Shown piece after piece: positions 6,867-13,137 of a DNA stretch of 15,149 nt. The DNA is from an uncultured Clostridiaceae bacterium (GTDB taxonomy: Bacteria; Bacillota; Clostridia; TANB77; CAG-465). The stretch's first letter is position 1. Each line of letters opens with the position of its first letter. The stretch is from positions 1 through 15,149 of the forward strand of contig CAYXLQ010000020.1 of assembly GCA_964465775.1 (NCBI GenBank), in the 5' to 3' direction. The notes under the pieces are model-generated. The model ran no database searches, was not told the origin of the DNA, and saw only the letters and a list, made by a program, of their open reading frames with translations. The position numbers and the translations under genes were made by a program.

Positions 6867-6897
6867 TGAATAATTTTAAAATTTTATTCAAATAATA
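6867..6897 (+). promoter_or_regulatory. candidate forespore (sigma-G/F-like) promoter for the spoVA operon
   Basis: TGAATA (6867..6872), 18 nt, aATAATA (6891..6897). The remembered sigma-G pattern is GAATA-N17/18-CATAATA. Caveat: the implied start site would fall on the weak GGTGA site before the ATG at 6913. Confidence 0.3.
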
Positions 6898-6912
6898 TTG
6901 TTGGTGATTATA

Positions 6913-7374
6913 ATGAGTTATACAAAGCTTGATATGACAAAAGAAGAATATTCAGAATATGTTAAGGAAAAGGAAAAAACAAGTCCATTAGCTAAACATT
7001 GCTTAGTTGCATTTTTGGTTGGCGGGTTAATATGTAGCATAGGTCAATTTATTTTTGATATATTGGAAAAAAAGTGTGGTTTTTCTTTTAAAAACGCTTC
7101 TACATATACAACTATTTCGCTTATCTTTATTGGTGCTTTACTTACAGCATTAAGAATTTATTGTAAAATTGGCGATAAAGCAGGAGCTGGTTCTATAATT
7201 CCTATTACTGGTTTTTCAAATTCTATTGTTTCTAGCGCTATAGAACATAAAACAGAGGGTGTAGTAATGGGTATTGGAGCTAACATGTTTAAAGTGGCTG
7301 GACCCGTAGTTGTTTATGGTATATGTTCTTCAATGATTATAGGATTTATATACTGGTTAATAAAATTGTTTTAA
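6913..7374 (+). CDS. spoVAC: stage V sporulation protein AC
   Basis: CLVAFLVGGLICSIGQ, GAGSIIPITGFSNS and NMFKVAGPVVVYG segments match SpoVAC along the full ~150-aa length. The start is taken at ATG 6913 (MSYTK). ATG 6934 (MTKEEY) is an alternative. The track's TTG at 6898 is unlikely. Confidence 0.85.
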   Translation: MSYTKLDMTKEEYSEYVKEKEKTSPLAKHCLVAFLVGGLICSIGQFIFDILEKKCGFSFKNASTYTTISLIFIGALLTALRIYCKIGDKAGAGSIIPITGFSNSIVSSAIEHKTEGVVMGIGANMFKVAGPVVVYGICSSMIIGFIYWLIKLF

Positions 7375-7388
7375 GGAGGAAATAGTAA

Positions 7389-8405
7389 ATGAAAATAGGA
7401 GAACAAACATTAGTTTTTGAAAAAAAACCTAAAATACTTAATACTGCTTCTATTGTAGGGCCAAAAGAATCCGAAGGTCCTCTTAGCATATTTTTCGACC
7501 ATAAAATAGAAGATGAGTTATTTGGAGAGGATTCCTTTGAAAAAGCAGAGAGTAAATTTACACAATCTGCCATTGATGCACTGCTTACAAAAGCACCTCT
7601 TGATAAATACATGGTGGATTGCATTTTTGCAGGAGATTTATTAAATCAATGCATTGCTACTGGATATGCCATGAGAGATTCCAACATACCGTTATTTGGT
7701 TTATATGGTGCGTGTTCAACATTTGTTGAAGCTTTAATATTATCTTCATCTTTTGTAAATGCAGGCTATTATAAGCGATGCATTGCTACTGCCTCATCTC
7801 ATTTTGGTTCATCTGAAAGACAGTTTAGATTACCCCTGCAACAAGGTACACAAAGGACTCCCACCCAACAGTGGACAGTGACAGGTGCTGGTGCTGCTTT
7901 AGTTACCCATAATAACGACAGATATAAAAGTCCTGTTGTAACTCATGCAACAGTTGGTAAAATAGTAGACATGGGTATAAAAGATGTTGCTAATATGGGG
8001 GCCGCAATGGCACCTGCTGCTTTTGATACAATACTAACCCATTTAGAAGATACTAAAAGAAAACCAGATTATTATGATTTAATTGTTACAGGAGATCTTG
8101 GAAAAATGGGTTCTGAAATATTAGTAGAACTATTGCAAGCAAAAGGAATAAACATCTCTGTAAACCATAATGATTGTGGCATGTTAATCTACGATCTCGA
8201 ATCTCAAGATATGCATTCTGGAGGTAGTGGGTGTGCTTGTTGTGCTACTGTTTTTTCGGGATATATATATGATTTACTAAAATCAAAAAAAATCAAAAAT
8301 GTTTTATTAGTTGCAACTGGAGCTTTAATGAGCCCCGTTTCCCTTGGTCAAGGTGAATCAATACCTTCGATAGCACATGCCGTTGCAATAGAAAACGAGG
8401 TATAG
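7389..8405 (+). CDS. spoVAD: stage V sporulation protein AD
   Basis: 338 aa, the same length as Bacillus SpoVAD, with collinear motifs: FAGDLLNQ, GACST, ATSSHF..AERQFR.P, GSGCACCA, VATGALMSP and ESIPSIAHAV. AGGAGG lies upstream of the ATG at 7389. Confidence 0.9.
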   Translation: MKIGEQTLVFEKKPKILNTASIVGPKESEGPLSIFFDHKIEDELFGEDSFEKAESKFTQSAIDALLTKAPLDKYMVDCIFAGDLLNQCIATGYAMRDSNIPLFGLYGACSTFVEALILSSSFVNAGYYKRCIATASSHFGSSERQFRLPLQQGTQRTPTQQWTVTGAGAALVTHNNDRYKSPVVTHATVGKIVDMGIKDVANMGAAMAPAAFDTILTHLEDTKRKPDYYDLIVTGDLGKMGSEILVELLQAKGINISVNHNDCGMLIYDLESQDMHSGGSGCACCATVFSGYIYDLLKSKKIKNVLLVATGALMSPVSLGQGESIPSIAHAVAIENEV

Positions 8406-8408
8406 AAT

Positions 8409-8775
8409 ATGGATATTTTAATGATTTATTTAAGAGTTTTCTTTACAGGTGGTTTGATTTGTCTATTAGGACAAATATTAATTGACAAAACCAAACTTAC
8501 TCCTGCTAGAATATTGGTTGTATTTGTAGTTACTGGCGCTATCTTAACAAGTCTTGGCATTTACCAACATATTATAGACTTCCGGTAAAGCTGGAGCTTC
8601 TGTTCCCATTTCAGGATTCGGATATGCTTTAGCTAAAGGAGTTATGTCCGAAGTAGACAAGCATGGCTTTTTAGGAATATTCACAGGTGGCATTGTTGCA
8701 ACAGCAGCTGGCGTATCAGCTGCGATATTCTTCGGATACTTTGCAGCATTATTTTCAAAACCTCATATGAAATAA
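8409..8775 (+). pseudogene. spoVAE: stage V sporulation protein AE, reading frame broken by one extra C at about 8582-8583 (absent from the ORF track)
   Basis: My translation from ATG 8409 (GAGGT 7 nt upstream) is MDILMIYLRVFFTGGLICLLGQILIDKTKLTPARILVVFVVTGAILTSLGIYQHIIDF, then CGG TAA. The +1 frame continues GKAGASVPISGFGYALAKGVMSEVDKHGFLGIFTGGIVATAAGVSAAIFFGYFAALFSKPHMK and stops at 8773..8775. Joined, this is collinear with SpoVAE(B) (..F-G-GA-VPI-GFG...). The span is 367 nt, which is 122 codons plus 1 nt. Confidence 0.8.
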
Positions 8776-8800
8776 TGTATTATTTTGTTTATCTATTTTT

Positions 8801-8831
8801 GAATATCTTTAATCAATACCGGACATAATAA
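8801..8831 (+). promoter_or_regulatory. candidate mother-cell (sigma-E/K-like) promoter for the coat gene pair
   Basis: GAATAT (8801..8806), 17 nt, CATAATAA (8824..8831). It resembles the ATAT...CATA-type mother-cell promoters. This is a weak by-eye match only. Confidence 0.25.
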
Positions 8832-8861
8832 TTATGTGATAAATATATAAGGAGGGTTATT

Positions 8862-9044
8862 ATGGATTCATTAAATCAAATTGAAATTCAAAACATAAGA
8901 CACGTTGTTTCTGGTTTAACTGGGGCATGTAGTAAAATCACTTACTACAAAACACTAACTAGTGATGAAAATCTTACAGAATTATATGACAGAATATGTA
9001 CACAATCAGATGCTCTGAAACAAGAGCTAACAAATATATTATAG
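8862..9044 (+). CDS. small helical protein of unknown function, partner of the CotF-like gene
   Basis: 60-aa ORF with a strong AAGGAGGG site upstream of the ATG at 8862. Its TAG stop (9042..9044) lies inside the AGGAGG of the next gene, which indicates translational coupling. I recognise no domain with confidence. Confidence 0.45.
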   Translation: MDSLNQIEIQNIRHVVSGLTGACSKITYYKTLTSDENLTELYDRICTQSDALKQELTNIL

Positions 9045-9055
9045 GAGGTATAAAA

Positions 9056-9301
9056 ATGGATGAAAAAACAGCCGTATCAGATACACTCGCAAGTGTAAAT
9101 TCGATATTAAATAAATTAAATTATTCAATTGAACAAGCAAATGATAAAATGTTTCGTGAAACATGTCAAAACTATAGGGATATTTTCGAAGCGGTACAGT
9201 GGGATGTTTATGAATATGCTAAGCAAAAACAATACTATGTTCCTGCAGCACCTGCTGGGCAAGCAGATATAGAACAAGTAAAACAAAGTATTCAAGGATA
9301 A
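9056..9301 (+). CDS. spore coat protein, Coat F domain-like
   Basis: Track ORF 8996..9301 trimmed to the ATG at 9056 (MDEKTAVSDTLASVN...), which has AGGAGG upstream. The 81-aa helical protein has the Coat F-like pattern (D.L...n.....Y..a..E..n...R and a C-terminal YYVPAAPA). Confidence 0.55.
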   Translation: MDEKTAVSDTLASVNSILNKLNYSIEQANDKMFRETCQNYRDIFEAVQWDVYEYAKQKQYYVPAAPAGQADIEQVKQSIQG

Positions 9302-9305
9302 ATAT

Positions 9306-9329
9306 AAAACAGAGCTATTGCTCTGTTTT
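9306..9329. terminator. bidirectional intrinsic terminator between the coat pair (+) and the acyl-CoA synthetase (-)
   Basis: AAAACAGAGC (9306..9315) pairs with GCTCTGTTTT (9320..9329) around the loop TATT. A/T runs are built into both arms. Confidence 0.7.
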
Positions 9330-9339
9330 ATTTATATAT

Positions 9340-11040
9340 TTATTCTTCTTTATTAGATTCTAAGAATCTCTTTATTTTTAGTGTTGTAGTCTTCTCAAAA
9401 TCCTTTAATTTTATTTTCAAGTTTTTCACAGCTTTATATGAGACCATTTTATCATTTATTGATTTTATGCCTTCCCATATCTTCTCTTTTATTGTAGAAT
9501 AGTCTGGTTTTTCATTATTATAAAATTCCTGGATCTCTTCTTCATTTAATGTTACTATTGCTGAAACTGACATATCTGATCCAGAGCCTTCCCCATAAAC
9601 CATAGACTCTTTTACTAATTTGAGTTTATTTATTTCAAATTCTATCTCTTCAGGATAAATATTCTTTCCATTATTAGTCACTATAACATTTTTAGATCTT
9701 CCAGTAATATGTAAATGTCCTTCATCGTCAAAGAAACCTACATCTCCTGTATAAAACCAACCATCTTTAATTACTTCTTTAGTTGCTTCTTCATCTTCAT
9801 AATATCCGAGCATAACGTTTGCACCTCTTACAAGTATTTCGCCCTCTTTTGTGCCTTCTTTTGTGTTAATTTTAATTTCACAGTTCGCTGCTTGCCCAAC
9901 AGTACCAGCTTTTCTTGTTTCTTCTCTTGTTGCTGATACTAAAGGTGCAGTTTCTGTTAAACCATATCCTTGTAAAACAGTATATCCATATCCTTCTATT
10001 TGTTCAATTATAGTTTTTTCAATCGGAGCTGCAGCTACTAATATATATTTTAAGTTTCCTCCTAAGGATTCATGAATTTTCGCAAAGACTTTTCTTTTTA
10101 ATTTAGCTCCCAACTTTCCTAACTTATTTGTTATTTTAACTAGTGTTCCAACTAGTTTTTCTTTTTTTGTTTCTTCAAGTGTTTTATTTATCTTCTTGCA
10201 AACATGTTCTACTAGTAACGGAACACAAACAAGTACTGTTGGTTTAGAATCCTTAATATCTTTACTTATGTATTTTAAGCCTTCACATATTACTACCGAT
10301 GATCCATTAGCAAGAGCATACATTCCTGTAACTATTGATTCATATATATGATGCATTGGAAGAACAGAGAAAAATCTATCTTCTATTCCTACTCTTAAAA
10401 TATCCGTTGCTCCATCAAGATTTGAAATTATATTATTATGTGATAACATTACTCCTTTTGAACTTGAAGTAGTACCAGATGTAAACATTAACACTTTAAA
10501 ACTATCAGGGTCTATTTCTTTATTATCATACCATTTGTCTCCATCATTTAAAAGTTTGTTCCCTTCTAGCACAAGTTCATTTAATGACAAACTATTATCA
10601 TCTGATTTTTCTTGGTTCATATTTATATATATAATCTCATCGCTTAAATTATATTTAATACTATTTATAACTTCTTTTTTTTCATCTGAATATATAATAC
10701 ATTTAGCTTTTGACCTTTTTAATAAATTTTCTATTTCATTTTGAGGCAGCTCTTTATCAAGAGGTACTATAATTCCAACTCCTGTTAAAACAGCTAAATA
10801 CGACATATACCACTTATAACTATTTTTCCCAATTACTGCTATTCTTTCATCTTCTAAATTATATTTTTTAGCAAGAACAGTAGCAAGTGATTTAACATCT
10901 TTCCTTAGTTTATTAAAAGATATTTCTTCAAACTTTTTGTTTTTTTTGTTTTTTTCAAGATATGCTACCTTATCCCCATATTCTAGGAATTTTTTTTGAA
11001 CAACATCCTTTAACGAGTACAATTCTCCTCTTTTTAACAT
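9340..11040 (-). CDS. AMP-binding long-chain acyl-CoA synthetase (FadD-like)
   Basis: It carries the AMP-binding signature FTSGTTSSSKGVMLSH, plus GYGLTET and WFYTGDVG motifs and a C-terminal lysine region. The start is taken at the ATG at 11040 (MLKRGELY), which has GGAGG 5 nt upstream. The track start at 11052 (MEVKM) remains possible. Confidence 0.8.
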   Translation of the reverse strand: MLKRGELYSLKDVVQKKFLEYGDKVAYLEKNKKNKKFEEISFNKLRKDVKSLATVLAKKYNLEDERIAVIGKNSYKWYMSYLAVLTGVGIIVPLDKELPQNEIENLLKRSKAKCIIYSDEKKEVINSIKYNLSDEIIYINMNQEKSDDNSLSLNELVLEGNKLLNDGDKWYDNKEIDPDSFKVLMFTSGTTSSSKGVMLSHNNIISNLDGATDILRVGIEDRFFSVLPMHHIYESIVTGMYALANGSSVVICEGLKYISKDIKDSKPTVLVCVPLLVEHVCKKINKTLEETKKEKLVGTLVKITNKLGKLGAKLKRKVFAKIHESLGGNLKYILVAAAPIEKTIIEQIEGYGYTVLQGYGLTETAPLVSATREETRKAGTVGQAANCEIKINTKEGTKEGEILVRGANVMLGYYEDEEATKEVIKDGWFYTGDVGFFDDEGHLHITGRSKNVIVTNNGKNIYPEEIEFEINKLKLVKESMVYGEGSGSDMSVSAIVTLNEEEIQEFYNNEKPDYSTIKEKIWEGIKSINDKMVSYKAVKNLKIKLKDFEKTTTLKIKRFLESNKEE

Positions 11041-11070
11041 TTTAACCTCCATAATTATTACCTTATAACA

Positions 11071-11099
11071 ATTATACTTTTATTTTTAAAAGAAGTCAA
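11071..11099 (-). promoter_or_regulatory. sigma-A type promoter for the acyl-CoA synthetase gene
   Basis: Minus strand reads TTGACT (11099..11094), 17 nt, TATAAT (11076..11071). Confidence 0.6.
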
Positions 11100-11251
11100 C
11101 CAGAAAATGTAAATATTCTATTTATTATTAATATTAAATCTATCATTTGAATTTTATTCCATTACATCCAGGTTTTTATATGTATTCTTAGTTTTTGGAC
11201 ATTCTAACATTTTTTTCTGAGGCTTTTCTTCTACTTACATAAAATTCTTAA

Positions 11252-11665
11252 TCAGTACTTACTAATCCAATCTTCACCATTAGTATTTTTTCCTTTTTGT
11301 CCCTTTTCCTTTATAGGATTTAAATTATTCATTTCAACAAATCTATCAATCTCACAATTTTCTGCAACAGGATTATATTCATAATTAATTATATCTTCTC
11401 CTCTATTGCTACTCTTTATAGATGTTGAAAAGTCTATTTTTCTACCTGTCATTTCTTCATATTTATTAATTACAAATTCCCTCGCATTCATGTCATTGTA
11501 GGCACCTACTAAAGCGTTATATTCCCTATCATTTATTATTCTATCACTTTTTAATTTTTGTAAAGCATTTATATAATTTATTTGACCTTGTGAGAAGCTT
11601 TTTAAAATTCTAACTATTGAAATTATTATGAACATTGTAACTATTGGAAATATTAATACTACCAT
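11252..11665 (-). CDS. hypothetical N-terminally membrane-anchored protein
   Basis: 137 aa with GGGGGTGA just upstream of the ATG at 11665, 21 nt after the peptidase stop. It has one N-terminal TM helix (MVVLIFPIVTMFIIISIVRIL). The stretch ALQKLKSDRIINDREYNALVGAY loosely recalls a SHOCT-like helix. I recognise no family. Confidence 0.5.
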   Translation of the reverse strand: MVVLIFPIVTMFIIISIVRILKSFSQGQINYINALQKLKSDRIINDREYNALVGAYNDMNAREFVINKYEEMTGRKIDFSTSIKSSNRGEDIINYEYNPVAENCEIDRFVEMNNLNPIKEKGQKGKNTNGEDWISKY

Positions 11666-11686
11666 AAGTTCACCCCCTATTATTTG

Positions 11687-12430
11687 TTAATTATTTGTTA
11701 GTTTAAATATAATATCTGTTATTCCAGTTCCGAGCCACATACAAAAATTGTAATACATTGATATAAATACTTGTTCCCCGAAAAACATTATAAGAACAAC
11801 TGCTATTACTATAAACGGTCCAAATGGAATATAACTATCAACTGTCTTTTTCTTTAAAGCTATAAGAATTATACTAATTACTGCTGCAATAGCAAAAGAT
11901 AGTATAGTTATTACTAATATTGTTTTTAGCCCAAATAAAAAACCTAATGATGCCATTAGTTTTACATCACCAAAACCCATTCCCTCTTTTTTATATATTA
12001 AAAGCGCCAACAATCCTAAAACATAAAAGGAACCTCCACCAATTATAGCTCCAAGAAGATAAGAATTCCAATTTGACAAGTTAAATAACAGATTGACTGC
12101 TCCTATAACTGCTATAATTATATGACATTCATCAGGTATTAAGGTAAATCTATAATCAATTGAAAATACTATTGCTAGGCTGAATATACAAATCATGTAA
12201 AGATAACTTTGATAACCTACTCCAAGAACAAAATTCAAACCATAGAAAAGGATTAAATATATTATTGTATATTTTATATCAAGTTTAAAATCCGTTTTAA
12301 GTGATTCCATATATTCTTTGAATGATATTTCCTCCGATACCCAAGGCGGCATTTTTCTACACAAATGTTTTGTAGCTTGGCCTAAAATAATTGCTAGAAC
12401 TGCAGTTATTATATATGCTATATATTCCAT
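11687..12430 (-). CDS. A24 family prepilin peptidase (short form, no Cys-rich N-terminal domain)
   Basis: 247-aa polytopic membrane protein. Both aspartyl motifs of A24 peptidases are present: SIDYRFTLIPDE and GMGFGDVKLMASLG. The ATG at 12430 lies 3 nt after the upstream stop. Confidence 0.8.
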   Translation of the reverse strand: MEYIAYIITAVLAIILGQATKHLCRKMPPWVSEEISFKEYMESLKTDFKLDIKYTIIYLILFYGLNFVLGVGYQSYLYMICIFSLAIVFSIDYRFTLIPDECHIIIAVIGAVNLLFNLSNWNSYLLGAIIGGGSFYVLGLLALLIYKKEGMGFGDVKLMASLGFLFGLKTILVITILSFAIAAVISIILIALKKKTVDSYIPFGPFIVIAVVLIMFFGEQVFISMYYNFCMWLGTGITDIIFKLTNN

Positions 12431-12433
12431 ATA

Positions 12434-12961
12434 TTATTTCTTCCCCTTTTTCATTTTAATATCTGCCTTATATTGTTTATGATCCTTTAGTATTATGTTT
12501 TCAATAGGTCTTTTAATTTTCACCCAAAACTCTTCATTTTTATCAAAAGGTCTAACTAATATTGAAATTATTCCAAATATATTCGCACCCCATATATCTG
12601 TAAAAACCTGATCACCAATCATACAAACTTGATCTTTTGGCAAATCTAATAAGTCTAGCGCAAAACCATACCCTCTTTGTAAAGGTTTCATTGCGAAATT
12701 AAGTCCATTTATATCTAACTCTTTCATAAACCCACGTATTTTTTTTTGCCTATGACTATTACTTAAAATACACATGCGTATATTCCTGGCTTTTGCTTCC
12801 CTTATCCAATCAGCTTTTTCTTTACTAATAATCCCCTTATAATCAGTAAGAGTATTGTCTAAATCGAAAATTAAACCTTTAATTTTATTCTTTTCTAAAA
12901 TCTCAAAAGGTATTTTATCAACACTCTCATATATATATGTAGGCCTTAATATTTTTGCCAT
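12434..12961 (-). CDS. yqeG: YqeG-family HAD-IIIA phosphatase
   Basis: Track ORF trimmed to the ATG at 12961 (MAKILRPTYIYESVDKIPFEILEKNKIKGLIFDLDNTL...), which has GGGGGGAA upstream. It shows the HAD motifs DLDNTL, SNS and GDQVFTDI and is 175 aa, as in YqeG. Confidence 0.75.
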   Translation of the reverse strand: MAKILRPTYIYESVDKIPFEILEKNKIKGLIFDLDNTLTDYKGIISKEKADWIREAKARNIRMCILSNSHRQKKIRGFMKELDINGLNFAMKPLQRGYGFALDLLDLPKDQVCMIGDQVFTDIWGANIFGIISILVRPFDKNEEFWVKIKRPIENIILKDHKQYKADIKMKKGKK

Positions 12962-12989
12962 GTTTTCCCCCCTACTTTTATCTAATGAT

Positions 12990-13018
12990 ATCGTACCATT
13001 TTTCATAATCATTTGCAA
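12990..13018 (-). promoter_or_regulatory. candidate sigma-A promoter for the yqeG-peptidase operon
   Basis: Minus strand reads TTGCAA (13018..13013), 17 nt, TACGAT (12995..12990). Confidence 0.3.
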
Positions 13019-13067
13019 TCTCATTGCTATTATTTTCTTCTTTTTAATCACATCCTTTAAATGTTAC

Positions 13068-13096
13068 TTTTATTTTATTTATAAATGTGCTATACT
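13068..13096 (+). promoter_or_regulatory. candidate extended -10 promoter for tyrS
   Basis: TGc-TATACT (TG at 13088..13089, hexamer at 13091..13096) with only a weak T-rich -35. It lies about 40 nt upstream of the ATG at 13138. Confidence 0.3.
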
Positions 13097-13137
13097 TTAT
13101 AATAACATTGAAAAAATTGATAAAGGAAGTGAAAAAA

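Noticed and set aside
7346-7624. 92-aa minus-strand ORF
   Set aside because: It is antisense to the spoVAC-spoVAD junction. Both of those genes are strongly supported, and this ORF has no start signals.
9715-10744. Three plus-strand ORFs (9715..9936, 9851..10075, 10535..10744)
   Set aside because: They are antisense shadows inside the acyl-CoA synthetase gene, with Phe/Ser/Ile-rich translations typical of the reverse frame of an AT-rich gene.
10925-10960. A7-A8 homopolymer tracts inside the acyl-CoA synthetase gene (encoding KKNKKNKKF), and similar A8 runs in tyrS, considered as slipped-strand phase-variation sites
   Set aside because: Lys-rich AAA runs are common in genomes this AT-rich. 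Both genes are in frame, and they are not the kind of surface or restriction genes that usually phase-vary.
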